Assembly: GCA_051382305.1 (NCBI GenBank) | Contig: JBBCAV010000165.1 | Span: 1-20,563, forward strand | Reading direction: 5' to 3' | Origin: Bdellovibrionota bacterium FG-2 | Lineage (GTDB): Bacteria; Bdellovibrionota; UBA1018 | DNA: 20,563 nt | Shown: positions 8,371-17,263 of the stretch, piece after piece | Layout: each line of letters starts with the position of its first letter | How positions within the stretch are numbered: position 1 is the first letter of the stretch | Notes under the pieces: generated by a model | Seen by the model: only the letters and a program-made list of their open reading frames with translations | Told to the model about the DNA's origin: nothing | Databases searched by the model: none | Program-made: the position numbers and the translations under genes

Positions 8371-10639
8371 TCACGTTAGGCATCTTCATGACCTTGGCTT
8401 CGCGATTCACCTACTGCACCCGCATTCAAAACGCCCTATTGGGGACGGCTGGGCATCCTGTGACCGAAGGACATTTCCTGAACTCCTAGCGTCCTATACA
8501 GAAGGAGGGAACGTAGGCGTAAGGCTTGGGGCCGTCTCAAAGATTGGCGACAAGTATCTCGCCGTTATAGATTGCGACGTGAAATCAAAAGACCCGAAGT
8601 ATAAGGCCGAAATGGAAAAGCGTTTGGGTGAAATCTTCGGCGAAACGGCCCCCGTCGTTACGTCCGGGCGAGGAAACGGCTCGCGCCACGTTTATGTCTT
8701 GACGAAAGAGCCTCAGCGAGAAAGACCGCTTGCCGAATCAAAAGAAATAGTAAAAGTTAAAATGCCGTCGGCACTTCGGCCAAATAAAACCGAAAGCAAA
8801 ACGCTCACACCCGAAGAACTCGCAAGCGGAATTAGGCTGCGGGCCGCGTGGGAAATCGTGCTAATGGGAGAAGGACAACAAGTAGTTTTGCCGCCCTCAA
8901 TTCACCCCGATAGCGGAAAGGCTTACGTTTGGCAAAAACCTATTGACTCGGCAGCATCTATTCCCATTTTTGACCCGGGGCCTGACTTGCGCCCCGCTCG
9001 GGGAGCGGTAGGGAAAACGATAGCGGGGGATTTTAAGCCCGTGCTCGTTGACCTAATCGGCTCAGCTTTGCCCCACGACATTGTAAACGAGATAATCTCG
9101 GGTGAAGGCGTTACCGACCGCTCGGGCAGTCTTTACCGCGTCGCCATGAAAATGTATAAATTTAAGTTTTCCGATAACGAAATCTTAAGTGTACTCACGG
9201 ACCCCGAAAACTATTTGGGCCAAGTCGCCTATGAGCACGCGCAGACTAAGGATAGGGGCCGCGCAGCGGAGTGGGTGAGAAAGTACACCTTAGAGAAGGC
9301 TAAGCGCGAGGTGTCGGGCACTGCGGCCTTTGAGGCCGAAGTTGAAGAGGCGCCGATTTTAAGTGAAGAGGAAGCGAAAGCACAAGAAGTTGAGCTTTGT
9401 GGTGACCCCGAAGACTGGCGCTCCAAAATTGAGCGCACCGGAGGTAATGACCACCGCCCGAAACCATCGCTTAGAAATACCATCCTCATATTGACAGGCG
9501 AGATAGGTTCGCATGTATTCAGGTACGATGATTTCTCCGGCACCATTACCTACGGCAGCGATACCCCGTGGGGAGCGAAAGAAGGAAACGAGCCTCGAAA
9601 TGTTGACATTGCTTTAATAAAACGCTGGTTCGCTGAAAAATGGCGCTTTGAGCCCGGCGATGACAAAATTGTCCAAGCATGGTCCGCAATTGCACACGAT
9701 AATCGGTTTCACCCGATAAAAAAGCATATCAACCAGCTTGAATGGGATAAGGTGCCAAGGCTCGATAACTGGCTCAAAACATACCTTGGAGCTTCAGCGC
9801 CCGAGCCATATCTTTCAGCCATTTCACGCAAAGTATTTTGCGCCATGGTCGCCCGCGTCTACTCGCCAGGAATAAAATTCGACTGCGTACTCATTCTTGA
9901 GGGTGCTCAAGGCAAAGGCAAATCAAGAACCGTTGAAGCCTTATCACAGCCCTGGTTTTCTGATGCAAGCATCAATATCGAGGATAAGGACGCCGTAATA
10001 AAAATGAAAGGTGTTTGGGTTTTAGAGTTGGGCGAACTATCAAGCATGACTAAAGCTGAGGTTGAGCACTTCAAAGAGTTTGTTTCCCGACGGGTGGATC
10101 GCATCCGTCTACCATATGGGAGATTGGCCGAGGACTTTCCCCGCCAGTGCATTTTAGTCGGTTCCACAAATAAAAGTGAGTACCTCAAGGACTTGACTGG
10201 CAATCGACGCTTCTGGCCTGTCAAAGTCGCTACTTGCGATGTCGAAGCGCTCGCGCGCGACCGTGATCAATTGCTTGCAGAAGCACGCATCGTGTGGATG
10301 AACGGAGAGACGCTCTACCTTAATGATGATGAATGCGCCGGAGCAATTACAGAGCAAGAAAAACGGCTCGTATTGGATACATGGAGCGAAAGACTTCTTA
10401 ATTTTATTGATGCAGAAAAACAAAAGCCCAAACTGGAACAATTTAATTTTGAAAAATTCAGCATGAGTCAGCTTTTTCAAACTTTCGGTCCGTTTGCGGC
10501 ATGGAAGGAAGACATGACTGAGCTACGACGTGCCGGAGATACCCTCCGAAAATGCGGCTTTGAAAAACTCACCGGAGGAAATGGTCGACACTACTGGCGG
10601 CAGGTAGCGACCACTCAACAGCCCGTGCAGCCCGTTTAA
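8363..10639 (+). CDS. Bifunctional Prim-Pol primase fused to a VapE/VirE-family helicase
   Basis: Prim-Pol motifs GNVGVRLG, LAVIDCDVK, GSRHVY, QVVLPPSIHP; VapE motifs PGIKFDCVLILEGAQGKGKS, VLELGEL, RLPYGR, DLTGNRRFWPV. GGGGG SD before ATG 8363. Confidence 0.92.
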   Translation: MISHVRHLHDLGFAIHLLHPHSKRPIGDGWASCDRRTFPELLASYTEGGNVGVRLGAVSKIGDKYLAVIDCDVKSKDPKYKAEMEKRLGEIFGETAPVVTSGRGNGSRHVYVLTKEPQRERPLAESKEIVKVKMPSALRPNKTESKTLTPEELASGIRLRAAWEIVLMGEGQQVVLPPSIHPDSGKAYVWQKPIDSAASIPIFDPGPDLRPARGAVGKTIAGDFKPVLVDLIGSALPHDIVNEIISGEGVTDRSGSLYRVAMKMYKFKFSDNEILSVLTDPENYLGQVAYEHAQTKDRGRAAEWVRKYTLEKAKREVSGTAAFEAEVEEAPILSEEEAKAQEVELCGDPEDWRSKIERTGGNDHRPKPSLRNTILILTGEIGSHVFRYDDFSGTITYGSDTPWGAKEGNEPRNVDIALIKRWFAEKWRFEPGDDKIVQAWSAIAHDNRFHPIKKHINQLEWDKVPRLDNWLKTYLGASAPEPYLSAISRKVFCAMVARVYSPGIKFDCVLILEGAQGKGKSRTVEALSQPWFSDASINIEDKDAVIKMKGVWVLELGELSSMTKAEVEHFKEFVSRRVDRIRLPYGRLAEDFPRQCILVGSTNKSEYLKDLTGNRRFWPVKVATCDVEALARDRDQLLAEARIVWMNGETLYLNDDECAGAITEQEKRLVLDTWSERLLNFIDAEKQKPKLEQFNFEKFSMSQLFQTFGPFAAWKEDMTELRRAGDTLRKCGFEKLTGGNGRHYWRQVATTQQPVQPV

Positions 10640-10825
10640 GAATTGCGACGCCCTGTATGTTTTCACCAAAGGGGACACCAAGTTGGATGGATTACAGGCC
10701 GTACAGACCCTAAATCAATAAGATAGGGATTAGAAAAGAAACATAACAGAGACGTTCAGACAATCAGTGATACGAGCGCTGTTACCGTCCTGTGTATTAG
10801 GGTCTGTAGGGTCAGAGTCTGTCCT
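10615..10825. other. Putative replication origin of the element
   Basis: Lies directly downstream of the primase-helicase. Many ACAG/CTGT short repeats converge on an A-rich centre; perfect 12-bp inverted repeat TACAGACCCTAA (10702-10713) / TTAGGGTCTGTA (10797-10808). Confidence 0.55.
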
Positions 10826-10835
10826 CCCACTCGCC

Positions 10836-11033
10836 CTACCTTGGTCTTTTTTTCTCTACCTTCGGTGGTGTCTTCATTTCCGAGTACCCCGCCTCAATCA
10901 ACCGTTCGATCACGTCGGCCTGACTCACGTCGTGTTTTTCAGCGATCGCTTTGAGTTTGGTAACCGTATCCTCAGTAAGCCTAACAGTGACCGGGGTATT
11001 GCGCTTCTTTTTCTTGAATTCTAACAGTGACAT
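10836..11033 (-). CDS. CopG/ribbon-helix-helix DNA-binding protein
   Basis: 65 aa; TPVTVRL strand then TEDTVTKLKAIAEKHDVSQADVIERLIE. ATG lies 7 nt after a -10 box. Confidence 0.82.
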   Translation of the reverse strand: MSLLEFKKKKRNTPVTVRLTEDTVTKLKAIAEKHDVSQADVIERLIEAGYSEMKTPPKVEKKRPR

Positions 11034-11040
11034 AATGTAA

Positions 11041-11104
11041 ATCTTAAGTGCATTCACTTTGTATTGCAAGTATACTTGACAGAAATACTGCGTTGCGTTA
11101 TAGT
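11041..11104. promoter_or_regulatory. Back-to-back divergent sigma70 promoters with a central palindrome
   Basis: Plus: TTGACA(11076)-N17-TATAGT(11099-11104). Minus: TTGCAA(11064-11069)-N17-TAAGAT(11041-11046). Palindrome CAAGTATACTTG at 11067-11078. Confidence 0.75.
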
Positions 11105-11110
11105 GTTTTT

Positions 11111-11752
11111 ATGAGAGTAGCCACTTATAGCCGGGTTTCAACCCTCCACCACGATCAAAATCCCGCAGTCCAGACCGCCGAGCTTCGTCGGTACTGCGCC
11201 GCTCGTGAGTGGGAAATCACCGAAGAAATCGTCGATCACGGTTTTAGCGGGGCTACGACGGGCAATCAACGCCCCGGGCTCAAGCGTCTTCTCCAACTCG
11301 TTCAGCGCCGCGAGGTAGACGGGGTTGTCGTGGTTCAGCTTGATCGGCTGTTTCGCTCCCTAAAGCACCTTGTCACTACGCTTGAGGACTTCCAAGCCAT
11401 CGGCGTCCAGTTCGTCGCCACGAAGGACAACGTAGACTATACAACCCCGTCCGGTCGCCTCTTCGTGCAAGTCCTCGGATCACTCGCCGAATTTGAGAAG
11501 TCGCTACTCCGTGAGAGGACCATGATGGGTTTGGAGTTTGCCCGACAGCACGGCAAAACCTTGGGACGCCCTAAGAAACGCGATGACGAGGCAATAGGGC
11601 GTCTCCGGGCGCAAGGATTGAGCTACACCGCAATTCAGGGCCATCTCGGAATCTCAAAAGGGGCTGTATACCGCGCCCTCAAGCCCACCCCGAAAACCTC
11701 TCCGCAACCCGATGCCGAATCTTCAATTAAACCGGGGTGCAAAAATGTGTAA
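11111..11752 (+). CDS. Small serine recombinase (resolvase/invertase) with C-terminal HTH
   Basis: YSRVST catalytic Ser motif, LDRLFRS, TTPSGR, AEFEKSLLRERT, GRP, HTH GLSYTAIQGHLGISKGAVYRAL. Confidence 0.95.
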   Translation: MRVATYSRVSTLHHDQNPAVQTAELRRYCAAREWEITEEIVDHGFSGATTGNQRPGLKRLLQLVQRREVDGVVVVQLDRLFRSLKHLVTTLEDFQAIGVQFVATKDNVDYTTPSGRLFVQVLGSLAEFEKSLLRERTMMGLEFARQHGKTLGRPKKRDDEAIGRLRAQGLSYTAIQGHLGISKGAVYRALKPTPKTSPQPDAESSIKPGCKNV

Positions 11753-11790
11753 TCGGTGCACCCCACAAACGACCGTTTTCGAGACACCCC
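11734..11790. promoter_or_regulatory. Putative res site of the serine recombinase
   Basis: Inverted repeat GGGGTGCA-N15-TGCACCCC, followed by the imperfect dyad CCCACAAACGACCGTTTTCGAGACAC, at the 3' end of the resolvase gene. Confidence 0.4.
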
Positions 11791-11883
11791 TCCGCCCCAG
11801 CGGTATCAAGAAAGGAGCGTCTTCATGGTGTTAGGATTTCCAAATGTGGTTTGGTTTTCCTAATTGGTGTGAAGCCGTTTGCT

Positions 11884-12267
11884 ATGAATTCCGAAACAAA
11901 AGACGTGGAAAAATCAAAATCAAAGCGCAAGCCCCTAAGACAGCGGGTTGCGTCGCCGTTTGCAAATAATCTCAAATCTGTAATGGCTGAGCGCGGGATC
12001 AATCTAAAATCCGCCGCAGACCTCGCGGGGGTAAGCCCCCCCGTCGTTCACGCCTGGCTTCAAGGAGGCGCGCCCGCAGACTTCCTAGCAGTCGCAAAAC
12101 TCGCAAAAGCCTTGGGCACCGATTTTCAGTGGCTTCTTACAGGGGGGCACGCGGAAGCCAATGCGGCGCGACTCCCACTAAATGAAATCTTCAACATTCA
12201 GAATGAGCCCGCCTTTAACGGAATTTTTATGATCGAGGCAAAACGCCTACAAAGAAAGGAAGACTAA
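11884..12267 (+). CDS. XRE-family helix-turn-helix transcriptional regulator
   Basis: FANNLKSVMAERGINLKSAADLAGVSPPVVHAWLQG...LAKALGTDFQWLLTG. Stop abuts the next ATG (TAAATG). Confidence 0.88.
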   Translation: MNSETKDVEKSKSKRKPLRQRVASPFANNLKSVMAERGINLKSAADLAGVSPPVVHAWLQGGAPADFLAVAKLAKALGTDFQWLLTGGHAEANAARLPLNEIFNIQNEPAFNGIFMIEAKRLQRKED

Positions 12268-12853
12268 ATGAAAAACCATTTTAGTATTTTTTGCACCATT
12301 GCTGTCTTTGTTGTTATGGGTTGCGCGACCTCTGGCCCCAAGAGGGAATTTATCGACTCTTCGACTCACGACGACTCCCCCCCCGAAATGGGCTCAGTCG
12401 CTTAAAATGAATTGGGAAAAAGACGGGACGATCTTTATCAAGGCCTCTCACACGGTTCGAGGTGATGAGCGGGTCGACGCCTGTTTTGATCTTGTAAAAT
12501 TGGACGGCAAAGAAGCTCTTGTTAGCGAGATTCAGAACCAAATGAAGGGTCAGCTTGATCATCATATTGGCTCGATCAACGAATCGGCAGAAACCGTTCT
12601 TGGCAAAAGCCGGAGCAGCGAGTTTACTGGGAAGATCAGCGGGATGAAATTCACCGAGCAGTATTTTGAACGCTATCGCATCGGCCCCACCGAGCGCATT
12701 GATTGCCACTCTCTTGCCGAAGTGAAGCAAGCGGATTACGACGCGATCAAAAGGTCCATTCTCGAAAAGGTGGAATCGGCTGACCCGCGCATCAAAGAGG
12801 CTATTGCCCAAAAACAGATCAATTTCTTCAAGCACGAAGCTGACAGTAAATAG
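12268..12853 (+). pseudogene. Lipoprotein (LPP20-like) frameshifted at a C8 tract
   Basis: Lipobox leader MKNHFSIFCTIAVFVVMG-C terminates after 45 aa (TAA 12403-12405). Removing one C from 12377-12384 fuses it to ...SPPKWAQSLK... giving a 194-aa ORF ending at 12853. Confidence 0.8.
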
Positions 12854-12899
12854 GCCTTGAACAAGAAGAGCAAATGTCCGTCTTAAGGAAGGAGGGATC

Positions 12900-14753
12900 A
12901 TGAAGCTGTCACTCATATTTTGTGCCGCCTTGATCGTCTCCCTTTCAACGACCCTCGTAAGCGCTTCAGATCGCCCCGAGTGGACACAAAAGAGGCCCAA
13001 GGATACCGCCGATTCAAAATTTTATGTGGGACGCTCCTCAGAGGCCCCAAATGAACAGCAGGGCTTTAGCTCGGCGGTGTCGGATGCGATAGATCAAGCG
13101 CGCCTTGAAAACTTCGGGGCCATCGTCACCGGGGACCACGACTCCTACGAGTCCCTGACGAAAACCGAGTCAATCAAACGAACCCAAGAACACTTGCGAT
13201 CCGTTCGCTTGAATGGATTCGAGCGCGACGGTGAGTATATCGAAGAACGCCCTGACGGTCGAATAAACACCTGGGTTCTGTTCAAATACGGAAAAGCCGA
13301 TATTACGCAAGAAAAAGCGCGCCTCGCCTCAGAAAAAAACGAGACAAAGGCGGTCATTTTTTCGCAACAGGGCGACCCAACCGAAGGAGTAAAGGGGACC
13401 GTTAAAATAAGCAGTCTTCCGAATGGGGCCTCAGTCCTTATTGACGGGAGAGGTTGGGGACTAACACCCGTTCAAGTCAACGGGCAACTCAGCCCCGGAC
13501 TTCACACCCTTTCCCTATCTCACCCCTCCTTTGAGGAGGTCGACGAGCAGTTCATCGTTACGCCGGGTAAAACCGTGAAGCTCGAAAAAGTCCTAATGAA
13601 AGCTTCGGGCAGTCTGAGGGTAGCTTCAGAGCCACCGGGCGCGGTCGTTCTCGTAGATGGAAAACCTGAGGGCCCTACCCCAACTCACGAAATCAAAGTC
13701 GAGGCAGGAACCAAAGTTCGAGTCGAGCTATTACATCCCGAAGCGGAGCGCTTTTCACAGGAGGTAGAGGTCGGCAAACACGATACGAAAAATCTTAACA
13801 TCAATTTACCGCTGAAACCCTCGCACCTCGCATTGATCACTACTCCCCCCGGTACGTCCGTCAGGGTTGATGGGCGAGCCATTTTGAATTCTGGCCGCTC
13901 ACCCGTAATTACCCCTATCGCCGAACTCGCTATTGAGGCAGGGAACCATGATATTTCATTTGAAAAAGATGGCTACAGGCCCGAGACGATCAATGTTAGC
14001 CTCCGAGGTGGTGAAAGACGGACTATAGCTTCTATAAAATTGATTACTGTTTCCGAGGTTGAGGAAAAGCAGACAAAAGCAGTAGAAGCCGCCCGAATAG
14101 AGCAACTACGGTCTGAGTCCTCCCCTTGGATTTTGAGCGGATACCTCGGGGGGGCATGGCCCACAGTTAATACCGGACCGGCGGCATCCTCAGAATCATT
14201 TGGACTCAGTATTGAAAAATGGTTCGGGCGGTTCGGATTGCATCTTGAGAGCGGCGTCAATAGCAGCGGTTCCACTGATACTGTGAAATTCATAGGTCGC
14301 AACAGCAACAACAACTCATTTATTGCCGACACTGCAAAAGACACGGCATTTCCCTACGAAGGTTCGGGCTACGAGCTTGGGTTCGGCATCCCCGTTGCTT
14401 TTGCACGAGGGACGAGCAGGATCGACGGCACCGAGAAGTCCCTCAAGTACTTATGTTTTGTGTCCCCCGAAGCAGGGTTGTTCCGCCAACGCCTCGTTGG
14501 CCTCCCCGTAGCCGGGAAGGACACAAGAGAAGCCCAATTTTATCTGGATCACGGCATCTACCCTGACTCAATCGCAAACGCGGCAGACATTACACTAAGT
14601 CAGCAATGGGTCGGGCTTAAACTTGGAGCAGATTTTAGCCTCGAACGCAGCCCTATCGGGCTGCTGATCCAAATGAATGCTCGCCGATATTCAGGGGGAG
14701 GCCTGACGGCGATTTCACTCGGAGGCAGCGGGGGGATCTTATGGCGTTTTTAA
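12900..14753 (+). CDS. Secreted PEGA-repeat protein with LPP20-like N-terminus and probable C-terminal outer-membrane beta-barrel
   Basis: Signal peptide; DRPEWTQKRP...FYVG; three PEGA-like repeats (ISSLPNGASVLIDG, VASEPPGAVVLVDG, LITTPPGTSVRVDG); amphipathic strands ending in GILWRF. GGAGG SD. Confidence 0.85.
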   Translation: MKLSLIFCAALIVSLSTTLVSASDRPEWTQKRPKDTADSKFYVGRSSEAPNEQQGFSSAVSDAIDQARLENFGAIVTGDHDSYESLTKTESIKRTQEHLRSVRLNGFERDGEYIEERPDGRINTWVLFKYGKADITQEKARLASEKNETKAVIFSQQGDPTEGVKGTVKISSLPNGASVLIDGRGWGLTPVQVNGQLSPGLHTLSLSHPSFEEVDEQFIVTPGKTVKLEKVLMKASGSLRVASEPPGAVVLVDGKPEGPTPTHEIKVEAGTKVRVELLHPEAERFSQEVEVGKHDTKNLNINLPLKPSHLALITTPPGTSVRVDGRAILNSGRSPVITPIAELAIEAGNHDISFEKDGYRPETINVSLRGGERRTIASIKLITVSEVEEKQTKAVEAARIEQLRSESSPWILSGYLGGAWPTVNTGPAASSESFGLSIEKWFGRFGLHLESGVNSSGSTDTVKFIGRNSNNNSFIADTAKDTAFPYEGSGYELGFGIPVAFARGTSRIDGTEKSLKYLCFVSPEAGLFRQRLVGLPVAGKDTREAQFYLDHGIYPDSIANAADITLSQQWVGLKLGADFSLERSPIGLLIQMNARRYSGGGLTAISLGGSGGILWRF

Positions 14754-14815
14754 CGGTACGAAAAGTCCATGAAAACCCGAACGAAAAAGGGAACACAAGG
14801 AAAGAGAAACAAACT

Positions 14816-15712
14816 ATGCGAAAAATTCAAAAGGTCATTTATTGTTTCACCGCTTTTTTGCTCCCGGCATTTATAGGTTGCGCAAATATGCCATGGAATC
14901 AGCTCAGCGATCGAGAGGCAGACCGAGTGGATGCGGCCATCATCGCTGGTGATACGGCTACCTTGAAGAAGACATTGACCGAAAATTCCGGTAACGGCTA
15001 CGGCGCGATGAATGACCGCTATGGTCGAGAACTTCTTGACAGCGCCATCAAAGGCCATCAGGAGCATGCTATCAAGCCGAATCCTGAAAACTGCCGTACC
15101 GAGGTTGTGAAAGTCTTGCTTGAAAAAGGAGCGATCCCGACGAAATTTCACCTAATAGATGCTGCGGAAGTCGCATGCCCGGAAATCGTTGAAATTCTGA
15201 TCCCCAAACTTAGTCAAAGCGATGTCATTTCAGGCGCCGCAGAGTACGTCGATTATTTCCCCCGCCATTACGTTCTTCACTCTCAGGAAAAAGGGTCCCC
15301 GATGGAAGGGCTGGTAAAATCTTTCGTCACACTCAAAAAATTCGCTGAGACGACCTGTTCCAGCGACAAGACCAGCCCAGCATGCCAGTTAAGTCAGAAC
15401 ATGAAGGAACAAATTAGCAAGATTATCGCTCGCGAGGACGCCGAAAACGCCGCAAGTAAGTTCGCCGCAAGTCCAGATGGCATCCAAAACAGCGCGTGCG
15501 ATTTGCAGGCCGAAATAGATGCGGCGCAAACCACGATTAACCGAGAAAAACAGGCCGCCGCGATTTCTGGCTTTGTCGACAAGGAAAAGATGTATTCCGC
15601 CGGTCAAAGAATTTTAAAGATGAAGGAATCGATGGGTGAGCTGCGCTCAGCCTACCTTGCAAAAAGTAAGCGTAAGCTCGACCTTAAAAAATGTCCAGCG
15701 AGCGAAGAATAG
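14816..15712 (+). CDS. Lipoprotein with ankyrin-like repeats and a C-terminal coiled coil
   Basis: Lipobox AFIG-C; EVVKVLLEKGA and EIVEILI ankyrin-like helices; several Cys. Confidence 0.72.
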   Translation: MRKIQKVIYCFTAFLLPAFIGCANMPWNQLSDREADRVDAAIIAGDTATLKKTLTENSGNGYGAMNDRYGRELLDSAIKGHQEHAIKPNPENCRTEVVKVLLEKGAIPTKFHLIDAAEVACPEIVEILIPKLSQSDVISGAAEYVDYFPRHYVLHSQEKGSPMEGLVKSFVTLKKFAETTCSSDKTSPACQLSQNMKEQISKIIAREDAENAASKFAASPDGIQNSACDLQAEIDAAQTTINREKQAAAISGFVDKEKMYSAGQRILKMKESMGELRSAYLAKSKRKLDLKKCPASEE

Positions 15713-15749
15713 ATCAAAATTAGAGAACAGCGGGACTTTGTATGCCTCT

Positions 15750-16190
15750 TTAATCGTCACCAAAGGGGGCTGCACGCCCCCTCAATCGAGCAAGCTCGGC
15801 TTTTCGCTCCTCACGGGTCATGGCCTCAACCATGACCCTGACCGGACTAACTTCATCACTACTCACAATAACATTGGCGCTGGGCCTCCCTATGAGGCGA
15901 TTCAATAGACTATCTAAGGTTCGCATGTCTCCTCTTCTAAACCCACGATCAATTATCGACGCGAGCATCACCTTTAACGCCGACGCTTCATTATCGCCAA
16001 GGGCAGCCTTAACCTCGGCCATGTTACCCCTAAGTAGAAGTGTCGCGAGCTCTTGAACCTCCGTAGATACGAGGCGCTTAACGGCCTTCAGTTCTTGATT
16101 GTGCCGACGAGCACCTTCGACATTCCCACTTTGCCCCGGCCTAAACTGCGTGTGCTTGGGCGGCTTGCCCCTACCTACTTCGTAACTCAT
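15750..16190 (-). CDS. DUF5681-like protein (putative small terminase subunit-like)
   Basis: The N-terminal YEVGRGKPPKHTQFRPGQSGN motif is characteristic of DUF5681; helical remainder with GDMRTLDSLLNRLIGRP. Confidence 0.8.
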   Translation of the reverse strand: MSYEVGRGKPPKHTQFRPGQSGNVEGARRHNQELKAVKRLVSTEVQELATLLLRGNMAEVKAALGDNEASALKVMLASIIDRGFRRGDMRTLDSLLNRLIGRPSANVIVSSDEVSPVRVMVEAMTREERKAELARLRGRAAPFGDD

Positions 16191-16372
16191 AGCGTGCCCT
16201 TCCCTGCTTTTTCCCTGCTAGACGGAGGCAGCCTGAACATACACACCCCAATGCGAGGTTACGACTCCATCCTGTTTAAGAGTATCGACAAGACCTCGCC
16301 CCTTAATGGGCATTGGAATTTGCTCAGTCAATTTCTATATTTGGGGAAGACTCCCCTTGGATGCCACGCCAT

Positions 16373-16579
16373 CTATTTCCCCCCTGAAAAATATCGCATT
16401 GGAATTACGGCCCGAATCATCTCTTCAAGGGCCGGGGACTCCTTAACTTTCTTATCTGTGCACCATTTAGCGAGTGCTGCCTTAGCGTCTTCAGAAATAA
16501 AGAAGGTGACTCGCTTCTTTTTCGGCCCCGGCTTTCGGAGCTGATTCAGCACTTTTTCTTCGAGCGTTTTTACAACCAT
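16373..16579 (-). CDS. Small ribbon-helix-helix-like DNA-binding protein
   Basis: 68 aa; KKRVTFFISEDAKAALAKWC...ESPALEEMIR; AT-rich upstream region. Confidence 0.7.
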   Translation of the reverse strand: MVVKTLEEKVLNQLRKPGPKKKRVTFFISEDAKAALAKWCTDKKVKESPALEEMIRAVIPMRYFSGGK

Positions 16580-16849
16580 AGTATTAACTATTATTATTGC
16601 CTAAAAAGCCATAAACAACAAGAGCAAGTACAACTTTATGCGCCAAACGAGGCAAACCTCAGTAGACTGAAGTAGGCATTCAGGAATTGTAATGAGCCGC
16701 CGACCGACGGTTAAGATGATATAGCGGGTACTCGGTAAGCGTTGCCCATCGAATTCAAGAATATTGCTTCCGAGGCTATCTCTACTGCACATAACGCAAT
16801 ACTTTCTTGTAGATTGTTGCCAATAGGTTAAACTCAGGTTAGATGATGC

Positions 16850-17263
16850 ATGATGCCTGAATCTTCGATTAGTTCGCAGAACGAGCCAAAGCTTCTCGGT
16901 TGCCACCTCAAAGACTGCCCGCCGCAGACTGCGGTGTGCAAGGAGCAGACTTATTTTCGTGTTCTCAAAGACGGGGAATTGTCTTCAGGCAACTTCATTC
17001 CTAGGGCATTTTTGCCACCATTAGGGAAATTCCCCGAAGATTGTAGTAATTCTGCAGTTTCACTCTGTCCTTCGCTTAACGACGCACGCGCTTTAATTGA
17101 AATGATCTCTTCTTTCAAGAAAGGCGGAATTGCCGAAGTAGCAATTCAACGCAGTCACGGTCGAATTGATGACAATAAAAGTAATCACTCAAATTGGTGG
17201 CATCCGATAGGGTTCGATCCAGTGACTATCTCAAGAAAGGTGGACAGCAAAAATGTCCACTGA
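16850..17263 (+). CDS. Hypothetical protein, ADP-ribosyltransferase-like fold suspected
   Basis: Pattern CPP...YFR...F...C..AVSL...IAEV...G...H..WW resembles the Arg/Ser strand arrangement of small ART-fold (Tse2/RES-like) proteins. Overlaps the next gene by 11 bp. Confidence 0.6.
   Translation: MMPESSISSQNEPKLLGCHLKDCPPQTAVCKEQTYFRVLKDGELSSGNFIPRAFLPPLGKFPEDCSNSAVSLCPSLNDARALIEMISSFKKGGIAEVAIQRSHGRIDDNKSNHSNWWHPIGFDPVTISRKVDSKNVH

Noticed and set aside
10981-11031. 11-bp direct repeat CTAACAGTGAC 40 bp apart
   Set aside because: Only two copies, inside the RHH coding sequence. Could be an extra iteron or chance; not an array.
12350-13000. 216-aa antisense ORF (and similar antisense ORFs over lon, the protease and the PEGA gene)
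   Set aside because: Shadow frames of well-supported genes, with no motifs.
16053-16906. ORFs 16053-16544 (+) and 16601-16906 (-)
   Set aside because: They overlap better-supported genes, have unconvincing starts and no recognisable motifs.
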